64,000 bases of DNA from Bacteroidales bacterium (lineage in GTDB: Bacteria > Bacteroidota > Bacteroidia > Bacteroidales > VadinHA17), in NCBI GenBank assembly GCA_003141715.1, contig PLNF01000025.1, forward strand, positions 8,011 to 72,010. The letters run 5' to 3'. Positions 49,201 to 58,204 of the stretch are shown here, one piece after another. Below the pieces are notes generated by a model. The model was not told the DNA's origin. It saw only the letters and a list, made by a program, of their open reading frames with translations, and did no database searches. The position numbers and the translations under genes are program-made. Within the stretch, counting starts at the first letter, position 1. Each line of letters starts with the position of its first letter.

Positions 49201-52200
49201 GAATTGAGCTTTTCAGGATGGTTTGTCTGTCTAATAAAAGTTTCAGGCTCTTTATAAAAATCTCAACATTAAGGTTACCTTTTAATCGGTATGTAAATGG
49301 AATGTTATATGCCGGATTATTCCTGTCAATCTGATTCAGGATCCATAACCGTTTCTGATCAAAGCTTACAGGTAACCGGCCGTCAGGCGACATAGATATG
49401 ATATCCGGGGTATCCTGTTTTACCGGCTTTTCTGATTCAATTTTCCTGATCAATCCACTTATTGTGGAAGATTCAAATAAAGATTCAAGAGGTAAACGGA
49501 CATGAAATTTTTCGCTGATACGGGTTATTATCTGTGAAGCCAATAATGAATGACCACCCAGATAGAAAAAATCATCATTGATGCCAATTCCTTTTATGCC
49601 AAGAAGATTCTCCCATATTCCTGCTATCGATTTTTCAATATCTGTTTTGGGTTCAACGTATTCTTCGTCCATAGAAGGCCGGTCGTGAAATGAGAGATAC
49701 TTCCCATCATATTTTTGTTCATCAGAGTCTGTACCTGATAAAACTGGTTTTATTTCCTGTATTCTTTCGGAGGATTCATTGAAATAATTAAAGGGAGTTT
49801 CAGGATCGATCCAGTGTCTTTTTCTTTCGAACGGATAAGAAGGTAATGGTACCCGGTATCTTTTTTCACCTTTATAATAATTATCCCAGTTGATATTTAC
49901 ACCGGAAATCCAGGCTTGTCCCAGAGCTTTTAGAAATACCGGTATATCATTCAGTTTCTTTTTCGGATGGCGTGTGGTTGATGAAATATTAATCCTTTTT
50001 CCGGAAGTATCATATTGAGATAAAAGAGTTGCAAGCATGTTTCCGGGGCCCACCTCGATAAAATAGACATTGGCTTCTTTAAGGAGTTCCTGAATCCCAT
50101 CAACGAAATTGACGGTTGCTCTGATCTGATCAGTCCAATACTGAGCATTTGAGAGTTCTCCGTTCACTGCCCATGTTCCAGTTAAATTTGAAATAAAGGG
50201 TATTCTGCTTTCGCCAAATTTAATCTTCTTAAGAATTTCACTAAAGGGTCCTAATACAGGTTCCATCATATAACTATGGAATGCATGAGAGGTTTTAAGC
50301 CTTGATAAATGAATATCAGGATATTGAGCAATTATCTTTTTTTCTGCCTCTTCAATATCCTGAAATTCACCTGATAATACATTAAGATCAGGAGCATTCT
50401 TTAATGATAGATTAACTTTTTCAGAAACAAAAGGGGATAATTCATTGCATGATAACTGAACGGAAAGCATTGCTCCCGGCTTTTGTTCCTGCATTAATTT
50501 CCCCCTGTGGGCAACAAGGGTCAATGCGTCTTCAAAATCAAAGATCTCCGAAATACATGCGGCAGCGTATTCCCCAATACTGTGGCCAATCAATACATCA
50601 GGCTTCAGACCAAATTCTTCCAGTAACCTGGCAATGGCATACTGGACCGTAAACAATAAAGGCTGTGCAACAGATGTCTGATTTATTTCGTTTTGTAAAG
50701 AATCATCATTATCCTGAAGAATATACTTTAAAATTTCAATACTAAAATTCGCTTTAAGAAAGACATCGGCTTTGTCTATAATGTCCCTGAATAAAGAAAA
50801 TTCATTATATAAATCTCTTGTCATTCCGATATACTGGGAACCCTGCCCTGTAAACATAAAGACTACCCTTGGATTGAATAATTCCCGGATACCGGTGATC
50901 TCAGTATCTTTCATCAAAAGGGGAATACTTTTATCAGATTCCGTTTTGCAGATCAGAAGAGAACGATGTTTGTAATGGCTTCTGCCTTGTTGAAGTGTAA
51001 AAGAAATATCTGCAATATCCTGATCAGTATCCAAAACATGGTGATAAATGCTCTGCTTAAGATTTTTTAAAGCATCAGGGGTTTTAGCCGTGACAGGCAG
51101 AAGATGATATTTTTTTCCTGAAGCCTCTTTAACTCTTACCGGAGCTTCCTCAAGTATGCAATGAGCATTTGTACCTCCAATACCAAAGGAGCTGATCCCT
51201 GCACGTCTGGGACCCCGGGTTGTGGTCCATTCGCTAAGTGATGTATTTAAATAGAAAGGAGTATCATTCAGTGGAAGTTCAGGATTAGGCTTTTTAAAAT
51301 TCAGGAGTGGTACGAGCTTCTTGTTGTTAAGCATCAGTACAACCTTTATCACTCCGGCAACACCTGCGGCAGCATCGAGATGGCCGATATTTGCCTTAAC
51401 GCTTCCAAGTGCACAATAATTTCGCCGGGCAGAAGCATTTCTAAAGACAGAATTCAGAGCATTGACTTCGATAGGGTCTCCCAGTTTAGTACCTGTTCCA
51501 TGTGTTTCGATATAAGAAATTGTGTCAGGTGCAATATTAGCTACGGCAATTGCTTTCCGGACGACAGCAGCCTGTCCGTTTATGGAAGGCGCCATATAAC
51601 CAACTTTATTTGATCCATCATTATTAATGGCAGTACCTTTTATCACACCCAATATTGTGTCACAATCACTGACAGCATCTTCCAGTCTTTTAAGAACAAC
51701 TACCCCTGATCCTTCACCGAATAAGGTACCATTCGCCTCACTGTCAAATGGTTTACAATGTCCGTCAGGAGAAAATATCCCTCCCGCCTCATACATATAA
51801 CCCTCAGCATGAGGTATTTGAATAAAAACACCGCCGGCCAAAGCCATATCACATGAACGGGAGATAAGGTTCTGACAGGCAATGTGAATAGCTACCAGAG
51901 AGGTCGAACATGCAGTCTGAATATCAATACTTGGACCGGTCAGGTTCAGCTTATAGGAAACCCTGGTGGTCAGATAATCGCTGTTGTTATTTATTATGGT
52001 CTGGAACTCACCAATTGATCTTAATGACTCAGGATGCTGGAAAAGATTCTTTGCCAGGTAATTATTCATACCGCAACCGGCAAAAACTCCAATTTCACCC
52101 GGATATTTCTCTGATGTGTAACCTGCATTCTCCAGAGCTTCATAGCACGATTCAAGAAATACACGATGCTGAGGGTCCATGAAATCGGCTTCCCTTGGGG

Positions 52201-55200
52201 TTACACCAAAAAAAGATGAATCAAACTGATCGGCATTCTCTAAATTGCCATTGGCTAATACATAATTATCATTTTCGAGCAGAGCTTTATCGACACCCTT
52301 CTTTAACAATTCCTCCTTCGTGTAATATGTTATTGCCTCTTTCCCTGAAGAAATAATTTTCCAGTAATCTTCAGTGCTCTTTACTCCTGAAAACCTCCCG
52401 GTCATCCCTATAATTGCGATATCTTTTACCGCACGTCTGTTATCATCTGAATTTGTACTGATATCAGGAACAGGTTTTTCAGTTTTACTTTCGCCATCGA
52501 TAAAAGCCGCTAATTCTCTGACTGTTGGAAACTGGAAGATATCAACAATATTTATCTGAATATTAAACTGTCTGAAAAGTTTGATCACAATTTGGGGAAT
52601 CAACACAGAATGGCCCCCAATGTCGAAGAAGTTGTCAGTATTATTGAAATTGTCACTTTTTAATATTTGCTGCCAGACTGACATAACATTCTTTTCTGTC
52701 TGCTTATATCTTTGGTCAGGTACCAGATCAGATGCAGACCTTATCACAAGATTTTTATTCAGCTCAGCGATAATTTTATCAAGAGTAAGAAATTTTTCAA
52801 GTATCAGATAATAAAAGTCATTCCTGTTCTGATTTTTTGTGAGTCCGACTGAATCTTTTGTTTTTTCATCTTCAGAAAATTCCTGATTTGAAATATTACT
52901 ATCCGGATCAAAAGTAAATCCGATTGCTCTTTCTACCGGAATATTAAAAATCTGAATCTCATTGCTATAGTGACCAAAATCACCAAAATTTGAATTAATA
53001 AAATTCTCTGCCGGAGTATTTTTATCAGTTTTTCTGAAACTAACTGTCAGGTAAACTGAATTATTCAGTCTGGCCTTTTCACCCAGGAAGGATATAAGAA
53101 AATGTTCCACTCCTTTTCCCAGTACACGGCAACTTAGCAGGAATGTCTCAACTGAATATCCAGATGATTTATTGACAATTATCACACCGGTAAGACCATA
53201 ATCTCCAAACCGGTCAGAAAGGGTAACCTGAAAACAATCAACATTTTTGTCAAATGAGAGATTCTTAATCTCACTTTCGCTTTTCCTTAAAGTTGTAAAA
53301 TTGAATTGATTTGTTCTGTATGTTAACTGAGATATTCGGGATATATTTCCATCCTGAAATGGCTTTATTTCTACCTTTAAATTTAATCCTGTAATAAAAT
53401 CTTTATATGTTTTAAATGAGGATCTGAAGTTTATGCGTACAGCTTCTTCCCTGTACTTCTCCGATCTTTTCCTGTCCTCATCGGTAATTCTCAGCTTATC
53501 GAAAATCCAGGAATTGTTTAGCTGCTTTATATTAATCCCATCTTCGGGTAACTGTATTGTAAGAACTTCTGGCGTATTGTTCCTCACCTCTGCACATTCC
53601 ATCGGATTGTCATCAATGAAGACAAAACTATCAAGGCCGATATTAATGTCTTTAGCCAGCTGAATAAGGTTTTCAGATTTTGGATTCCAGTTAATTTTAT
53701 AAAAAGACAGATGTTCTCTTTTCAAAACCATCTGATCATTCTTATCAAATACTTCAAATACATCCTCTTCCCTGTTTTTACTGCACAGACATATCAGTAT
53801 CCCGGATTTATTTTGTTCAATCAGAAATTCCTGTAAAGCCTTCTCTCCCGGACCAACCTTAACTCCTGTTGGTCCTTCTTCTGCAACAACACCTTTCCAA
53901 AGAGTATTATCGCAATCAACTGCAATCGCTTTGAAAGGTAAACTAAAAGAAAGATGAATTTTCCTTGCTATAATTGTTGAGAGTGATATGAAAAAATTAT
54001 CTGAGAAGGGTATATGTCCTATCTCTTCCCCCAATTCCTCATAATAATCATGAATATCATAAGTATCTAGGAGCTCACCCGAATTTAACACCAGGATATT
54101 TGATTTTGATTTTAGAATTGACGTTAACCTGTTCTCAGCTTCAGCAATAATTTCAGATAAGATTGGATTCTTCAGAATTCCCGGTGACGGAGGACAAAAT
54201 GCCAGAATGTACTTTCCTTGTGTATTTAGCTGAATAGCCACAGAAAAAGCATCTTCAATCTCATCAACCTTTTTACTAAAATCTGAAATGGAACCCTCGG
54301 AATTTTTATCTTTTATCCAATCTTCAAACCGAATGAGAAGGATATTGTATCCACTGATATTTGAATTAAATTCACTTCCCGGATTCAGCAATTGAGAGAA
54401 GACCTGGTTGTATCCAGGAAAAGTTATTAAGGGAGTAACACCAAATTTCTTAAGCCAGAATTCTAAATATGGTTCTACAGGTTCTACAGTGAAGGTTCCT
54501 GTAATATTGATATTAAGCAACGGTTTTTCCGGCTTCAACGGGTTCTCATCTGATAACCAGGATGGTTTAAAGCTGAGATCGTTAATAATCAGATCAAGAA
54601 TCCTTAAAAACTCATCTTTAAAGAGATTAATGCTATCATTATCAAAGAGATCACTATTAAATTTTAAAGCACATAAAAGTTTACTCTCATCATCGACTAT
54701 TTCCAGTGTCAGGTCTACTTGTCCCTCCTGATCAAAAATCTTATAAGGTTTAATAAAAACTGAACCCCATGATGAATATTCTGTGGTCTCAGAATCACCC
54801 AGAAAATGCAACAGACAACCAAGAGATTTTTTATTTAAGTAATTAAAGATTACCTGGAAAATTGGTGTCCGTGAAAGATCTCTTTTAGGAGAAATCTTCT
54901 CCACAATAATCGGGAATGGAATATCCTGATTTTCAAGACTTTCATAAAGCCGGATTTTGTTTTCATTCAAAAAATCAATAAATGATTCCTGGCTTCTAAT
55001 GGAGCACGCTAAGGGAAGCATGTTAATTAAATACCCAAATATATCTTCGAAGATTTTGTTTGTCCTTGCCGCTGCAGGTAATCCAACGCAGAAATCTCCC
55101 TGTCCGGATATTTTAGATATAAAAAACTCAAATGCTGAAAACAGGAGTACATTAAATGTAACGTTATTATTTTTTGCTATCGACCACAGATTATGAAACA

Positions 55201-56068
55201 TCTCACCTTCGATTTTAAACAGGAGAGTACTTCCGTTAAACTGATGTACTGAAGGTCTTTTAAACTTAGCAGGCAGATTAAGGGTATGAGATCTGCCATG
55301 AAGTTGGTTCACCCAGTAATCTATCTGACTTTCCCCTTTTTCACTATTTAAGAATTCTATCTGATCGAAAATAAAATTGTTATAGTCTGAGGCAGGAGAG
55401 ATTTTTAAAATATTTGTGTTTTGAATTAAAGAATCATAAATATTTATAAACTCATTCAACAAATTCCGCAGTGAAATTGCATCACAGGTAATATGGTGAA
55501 AATTGAAACTCAGGATAGCTGAATCGGATTTATTGACAATAGTTAATCTTAAGAGAGGGCCATTCTCAAGGTCAAATGGCAGCCTATATTTCTTATTTAA
55601 CAAGATCTTTATTTGCTCATCACTAAGTTTTAATCCATCGATCTGTTCGATAGCCGGACTAATTTTGTCTAAAACTATCTGACAAACAGTATTATCGATT
55701 CCCGGAAGAACAGCAAATATTGTCCTTAAAGACTGGTGTTGTTCTATGAGAGATGAAAGAGTAATCCTCAAGGCATCAATATTTAAAGTACCCTGTACCT
55801 CTGCTGCCAATGAAATATTATATGAAACATTTGAGGGATTTACAGCCCCGATAAACCATATTGCTTTTTGATTATGTGCAAGAGGCAATACTTTAATCTT
55901 TTTTGACTTAGTATTCCTTAAAATCTCTTTGAAAAAGTCCTTGTTTGACTTTAAAAAATCAGTTTTTGAGGAATCCAGTTCTTTCTCCTCAACTCTGTAC
56001 TTTAATACATCATCATCTATCCAGAGCTCTAAGTGCTTTGGAAAGAAAGAATCAAAATCTTTTTTCAT
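46202..56068 (-). CDS. hybrid NRPS-PKS megasynthase: dock-C-FkbH-T-KS-AT-T-C-A-T
   Basis: See the domain features below. The ATG at 56066-56068 forms an ATGA overlap with the stop of the upstream MT-ACP gene. The track's TTG at 56086 is less likely. Confidence 0.95.
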   Translation of the reverse strand: MKKDFDSFFPKHLELWIDDDVLKYRVEEKELDSSKTDFLKSNKDFFKEILRNTKSKKIKVLPLAHNQKAIWFIGAVNPSNVSYNISLAAEVQGTLNIDALRITLSSLIEQHQSLRTIFAVLPGIDNTVCQIVLDKISPAIEQIDGLKLSDEQIKILLNKKYRLPFDLENGPLLRLTIVNKSDSAILSFNFHHITCDAISLRNLLNEFINIYDSLIQNTNILKISPASDYNNFIFDQIEFLNSEKGESQIDYWVNQLHGRSHTLNLPAKFKRPSVHQFNGSTLLFKIEGEMFHNLWSIAKNNNVTFNVLLFSAFEFFISKISGQGDFCVGLPAAARTNKIFEDIFGYLINMLPLACSIRSQESFIDFLNENKIRLYESLENQDIPFPIIVEKISPKRDLSRTPIFQVIFNYLNKKSLGCLLHFLGDSETTEYSSWGSVFIKPYKIFDQEGQVDLTLEIVDDESKLLCALKFNSDLFDNDSINLFKDEFLRILDLIINDLSFKPSWLSDENPLKPEKPLLNINITGTFTVEPVEPYLEFWLKKFGVTPLITFPGYNQVFSQLLNPGSEFNSNISGYNILLIRFEDWIKDKNSEGSISDFSKKVDEIEDAFSVAIQLNTQGKYILAFCPPSPGILKNPILSEIIAEAENRLTSILKSKSNILVLNSGELLDTYDIHDYYEELGEEIGHIPFSDNFFISLSTIIARKIHLSFSLPFKAIAVDCDNTLWKGVVAEEGPTGVKVGPGEKALQEFLIEQNKSGILICLCSKNREEDVFEVFDKNDQMVLKREHLSFYKINWNPKSENLIQLAKDINIGLDSFVFIDDNPMECAEVRNNTPEVLTIQLPEDGINIKQLNNSWIFDKLRITDEDRKRSEKYREEAVRINFRSSFKTYKDFITGLNLKVEIKPFQDGNISRISQLTYRTNQFNFTTLRKSESEIKNLSFDKNVDCFQVTLSDRFGDYGLTGVIIVNKSSGYSVETFLLSCRVLGKGVEHFLISFLGEKARLNNSVYLTVSFRKTDKNTPAENFINSNFGDFGHYSNEIQIFNIPVERAIGFTFDPDSNISNQEFSEDEKTKDSVGLTKNQNRNDFYYLILEKFLTLDKIIAELNKNLVIRSASDLVPDQRYKQTEKNVMSVWQQILKSDNFNNTDNFFDIGGHSVLIPQIVIKLFRQFNIQINIVDIFQFPTVRELAAFIDGESKTEKPVPDISTNSDDNRRAVKDIAIIGMTGRFSGVKSTEDYWKIISSGKEAITYYTKEELLKKGVDKALLENDNYVLANGNLENADQFDSSFFGVTPREADFMDPQHRVFLESCYEALENAGYTSEKYPGEIGVFAGCGMNNYLAKNLFQHPESLRSIGEFQTIINNNSDYLTTRVSYKLNLTGPSIDIQTACSTSLVAIHIACQNLISRSCDMALAGGVFIQIPHAEGYMYEAGGIFSPDGHCKPFDSEANGTLFGEGSGVVVLKRLEDAVSDCDTILGVIKGTAINNDGSNKVGYMAPSINGQAAVVRKAIAVANIAPDTISYIETHGTGTKLGDPIEVNALNSVFRNASARRNYCALGSVKANIGHLDAAAGVAGVIKVVLMLNNKKLVPLLNFKKPNPELPLNDTPFYLNTSLSEWTTTRGPRRAGISSFGIGGTNAHCILEEAPVRVKEASGKKYHLLPVTAKTPDALKNLKQSIYHHVLDTDQDIADISFTLQQGRSHYKHRSLLICKTESDKSIPLLMKDTEITGIRELFNPRVVFMFTGQGSQYIGMTRDLYNEFSLFRDIIDKADVFLKANFSIEILKYILQDNDDSLQNEINQTSVAQPLLFTVQYAIARLLEEFGLKPDVLIGHSIGEYAAACISEIFDFEDALTLVAHRGKLMQEQKPGAMLSVQLSCNELSPFVSEKVNLSLKNAPDLNVLSGEFQDIEEAEKKIIAQYPDIHLSRLKTSHAFHSYMMEPVLGPFSEILKKIKFGESRIPFISNLTGTWAVNGELSNAQYWTDQIRATVNFVDGIQELLKEANVYFIEVGPGNMLATLLSQYDTSGKRINISSTTRHPKKKLNDIPVFLKALGQAWISGVNINWDNYYKGEKRYRVPLPSYPFERKRHWIDPETPFNYFNESSERIQEIKPVLSGTDSDEQKYDGKYLSFHDRPSMDEEYVEPKTDIEKSIAGIWENLLGIKGIGINDDFFYLGGHSLLASQIITRISEKFHVRLPLESLFESSTISGLIRKIESEKPVKQDTPDIISMSPDGRLPVSFDQKRLWILNQIDRNNPAYNIPFTYRLKGNLNVEIFIKSLKLLLDRQTILKSSIQSHEGEPYCLINNFETLPITFLDYSSYASEEVEQKIQDFFTGESRNIFDIENGPLFRFYLVKISDNESVFHMTVQHMVFDGWSWGIFAGELRQIYNDLLNNREIDLIPLKYQYYDIANWQESNITEDSFKTSIDYWKKQLKDHPAEINFPFSYSRTKRPTGFGSREPLRMTLDFSGKIREISQRENSTVFMTLLAGFSLLLNKYSGDNDICIGIPTANRVNSDTEEIIGLFVNTIILRLRFDNSLTFKELLHYTRNITIEGLAHQDLPFEKLVETLQPERKINVNPISQILFAYQNTPRPPLNLEGIMPERILIKDTVAPFDMTFYAWDNDGIVEGELEFNSDLFDREFIIRLKENFVFLLKSVIENPDQRISEISIISDNDRTKLEEFNRTNVPVTDCLVQSFFEQQSVIHPSKKAVISGDSSLTYKELNDQANQLAGYLISLGATEGDIIGICIERSVEMVISVLGVLKAGCSYLPMDPSFPDDRITFMFEDSGARALITQSSLMEKTRMFKTPIVFIDTDRGKIRKYSTVKPELILSPKSNAYTIYTSGSTGKPKGVKVHHAAVVNLIESMLKEPGIKENDILLAVVTLSFDMSVFELFVPLSAGATIVIAKSGETTDGPALTDLIKKHNITVIQATPSFWNILLSGGWQGKDDLKALCGGEALTSVLVRQILPKVNEFWNCYGPTETTVYSVYTKVIDPDAPILIGRPVNNTSIYILDKNNNQLPVGVIGEVCIGGLGVTKGYINRPDLTAEKFITLENKQIIYKTGDLGRFLIDGNVELFGRSDNQIKLRGFRIEPGEIESLLTQVQDVKEAVVIVHKFDENDHRLVAFLNVSDDFNIDTKELNRRLKEKLPSYMIPTFYNIMKEFPKTSNGKIDRKSLIFQINELGKTGSDEIEALTPTEKVIFKIWSETLKTEDITVTDNFFESGGNSLLAIAVFSKIESAFNIDLGLRVFFDSPRIKDLAEAIDISVKKSVKQKSVDKPTKPESKLVIGEI
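46290..46500 (-). other. megasynthase carrier domain T3
   Basis: FFESGGNSLLAI, Ser at 46397-46399. Confidence 0.85.
46560..48040 (-). other. megasynthase adenylation domain (code DMFQLGCVYK by hand alignment)
   Basis: YTSGSTGKPKG, FDMSVFE, NCYGPTETT, YKTGDLGRF, KLRGFRIEPGEIE, PKTSNGKIDR. Confidence 0.9.
48060..49380 (-). other. megasynthase domain C2 (LCL-like condensation)
   Basis: LPVSFDQKRLWILNQ and QHMVFDGWSWG. Confidence 0.85.
49440..49640 (-). other. megasynthase carrier domain T2
   Basis: FFYLGGHSLLAS, Ser at 49547-49549. Follows the AT directly, with no KR/DH/ER between. Confidence 0.85.
50000..50870 (-). other. megasynthase acyltransferase (AT), malonyl-type motifs
   Basis: FMFTGQGSQY. 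GHSIGEYAA (Ser at 50579-50581). SHAFHS (HAFH, not YASH). Confidence 0.9.
51141..52423 (-). other. megasynthase ketosynthase (KS), catalytic C-H-H intact
   Basis: DIAIIGMTGRF. DIQTACSTSL (Cys at 51908-51910). ETHGTGTKLGDPIE. KANIGHLDAAAG. GGTNAHCILEE. Confidence 0.95.
52500..52700 (-). other. megasynthase carrier domain T1
   Basis: FFDIGGHSVL, Ser codon at 52607-52609. Confidence 0.85.
52980..54515 (-). other. megasynthase FkbH-like domain (HAD-IIIC phosphatase + glyceryl-S-Cys transfer region)
   Basis: DxDxT motif AVDCDNTLWKG (DCDNT at 53903-53917). LLSCRVLGKGVEHF with Cys at 53129-53131. Collinear with the stand-alone FkbH at 58835-60577. Confidence 0.85.
54590..55895 (-). other. megasynthase domain C1 (condensation, variant active site HHITCDAIS)
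   Basis: KVLPLAHNQKAIWF at about 55857-55895. HHITCD at 55481-55498 (Ala replaces the usual Gly of HHxxxDG). Confidence 0.8.
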
Positions 56069-57300
56069 AGTTTGCCCTCTAACCAATGACTGCCTGAATT
56101 ATTATCCGGACTTTTAGTCATATCTGTAGAGTTGGTGTTAAGTTTTTCTAAAATGAGTTTTATGATATCATTTATTGAAAATTTCTGCAGAATATCTGAA
56201 ATACTTATACCGGTTTGAAAATCAGATTTGACAATACTGCTTAACTCTGCAGCCGCAATAGAATCAATATCAAATAAATTTAGCTTTGTATCCGGGTTTA
56301 AATCCAAATTTTTCTGTTCCAATATCGAACTGACTCTTTTAATAAAATATGAGCTTAATTTAGCTTCCTGTTCTGAAGAAGTCAGTGACTTTATATCATC
56401 AATGTTCAGAGACAGGGTGTTTAATATTTGTAAATCATTTTCATCTACCTTAATATTTTCAACCACCGGGTTAAGACTCTTCATGCCACTAATCACAAAA
56501 AGTTGTCTGAAAATAACATGATCAGGCTGCTGAAACAATTTATACCAATTCTCAATTAAAGATTCGAGCGTTTCCTTTTTTAAGAATCCTTCTTTGACAA
56601 GGCTCTTGGATATATTGACATTTTCTGCTTTTACAAATGCTTTGTCACCTTCAAGGCCACTATGTACGCAAATGATTTCAATGTTTATGTTATCGAATTT
56701 TTCTTTTTTCAGAAGTCCCGGCAATTGTCTGCCGATTAATGGATTGCCTCCCTCACTAAATCTGGAATTGATATAAGCTGTGTACATCTCATCCAATTCC
56801 GGAATAGCCGGATAAGTTAATAAGTGGTAAGCAAAATCATTACTTATCAGGACAAATTTCCCTCCTGGTTTGAGAATCCTTCTGACTTCAGCTATTGCTT
56901 TGGCAGGTTCCTTAAGATGCTCAAAGACGAGGCGGGCAATAGCAAAATCATAATAATTTTCGGCCAATTCAGTCTCATATATTGAAGCATGTTTTACTTC
57001 AAACAGCTTTTTACCATTAATTGTAGAATTTTCCTTAAGTACCTCAACCAAAAAAGGATTTATCTCAAGGGCAGTAGCCGTACAATTGGGCAAATCTCTT
57101 ACAATATTGCTTATCAGAAATCCTGGTCCGCTGCCACATTCGACAATTTTCATCCCATCTTTTAGTCCAATCTTTTTATAAAGCTCCAATTCCCTTTGAT
57201 AAAAAAGCTCAACCTGATATTTTAACCGGGTTACTTCGGAGTCCTTATTTTCAGAAAAACTTTCTAAAATATAAGATCCATCTATTTTGTTCAAATTCAT
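56065..57300 (-). CDS. class I SAM-dependent methyltransferase fused to a C-terminal carrier (ACP-like) domain
   Basis: Motif I is IVECGSGPGFL, followed by RILKPGGKFVLIS. The C-terminal 80 aa carry LNLFDIDSIAAAEL (Ser at 56260-56262). Confidence 0.75.
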   Translation of the reverse strand: MNLNKIDGSYILESFSENKDSEVTRLKYQVELFYQRELELYKKIGLKDGMKIVECGSGPGFLISNIVRDLPNCTATALEINPFLVEVLKENSTINGKKLFEVKHASIYETELAENYYDFAIARLVFEHLKEPAKAIAEVRRILKPGGKFVLISNDFAYHLLTYPAIPELDEMYTAYINSRFSEGGNPLIGRQLPGLLKKEKFDNINIEIICVHSGLEGDKAFVKAENVNISKSLVKEGFLKKETLESLIENWYKLFQQPDHVIFRQLFVISGMKSLNPVVENIKVDENDLQILNTLSLNIDDIKSLTSSEQEAKLSSYFIKRVSSILEQKNLDLNPDTKLNLFDIDSIAAAELSSIVKSDFQTGISISDILQKFSINDIIKLILEKLNTNSTDMTKSPDNNSGSHWLEGKL

Positions 57301-57350
57301 TTCCTGCTTAAATCAATGTATATTTATAATCAATAATTAACAATTGCTTC

Positions 57351-58172
57351 TCAATTATGTTTTTTTTTGGACTTTGAAAATAACCATGAGAATACATCAG
57401 GATCAGTATAAACATTTTTTTCAATATCGTGCCCTCCACCTTTTATGACAGTGAATTTTACTTCACCCCCGCATTTTGCAAGACTATCGGTCATTTCCTG
57501 TGTTTCTTTGTAACTATAGATCGGATCATTTTCTCCACTGAATGCCCAGATGTGGATATCTTTAACAAGATATGCATGAGACGGGTCAGAAGCGGCACAA
57601 ATCGGAATTGCCACTGTAAACAAGTCTGGGTTTCTGAGTATCAATTCCCATAATCCTGTTCCACCCATTGAATGCCCGATTATATAAATACGATCAGTAT
57701 CAATAGAATTTTCGCTTATAATCTTTTTTATTAAATCGCGGACAATTTCAAGAACCGGACTTGACGGTATTGAGTCCAGCGAAAAGTTATTAAAAGGTCT
57801 TTTGGGATTGATAGTCCATATTCTGTCTGAAGGACACTGTGGTATAAGAATAAAAGGAGAGTATTGTTTTCTTAACATTTGGATGAATTTCGCCTTTGTG
57901 TAATCGATATCGCTGATATTATCAGATCCTCTTCCTCCGGCTCCATGAAGTATTACTACCAGTGGTGCTTTTAAATTGTTTGCTGACTTAAATAACCTGT
58001 ACTTTACTGTTATCTCCTTTTTTTTAAACTCACCTTGCTCTGACTGGCTAACAATATGACCTATTCGAATTCTATTTATTCCAGATTTAAAAATAGGTTT
58101 CCCTTTGATTAAGAAATAGCAGCCCAGCACAATAACAATACATAAAATAATATATGAGATTTTAATTTGCAT
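57351..58172 (-). CDS. exported alpha/beta-hydrolase (esterase/lipase-like), signal-anchor or lipoprotein-like N-terminus
   Basis: MQIKISYIILCIVIVLGCY N-terminus. HGAGGRGSDN. Nucleophile elbow IIGHSMGGTG. C-terminal GGGHD. Confidence 0.7.
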   Translation of the reverse strand: MQIKISYIILCIVIVLGCYFLIKGKPIFKSGINRIRIGHIVSQSEQGEFKKKEITVKYRLFKSANNLKAPLVVILHGAGGRGSDNISDIDYTKAKFIQMLRKQYSPFILIPQCPSDRIWTINPKRPFNNFSLDSIPSSPVLEIVRDLIKKIISENSIDTDRIYIIGHSMGGTGLWELILRNPDLFTVAIPICAASDPSHAYLVKDIHIWAFSGENDPIYSYKETQEMTDSLAKCGGEVKFTVIKGGGHDIEKNVYTDPDVFSWLFSKSKKKHN

Positions 58173-58204
58173 GGAAAATTAATTTATATACCTGATCCAA
58201 ATAC

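Noticed and set aside
56069-56086. TTG-initiated six-codon extension of the megasynthase
   Set aside because: The ATG at 56066-56068 forms a classic ATGA stop-start overlap with the upstream gene, so the TTG start is unnecessary.
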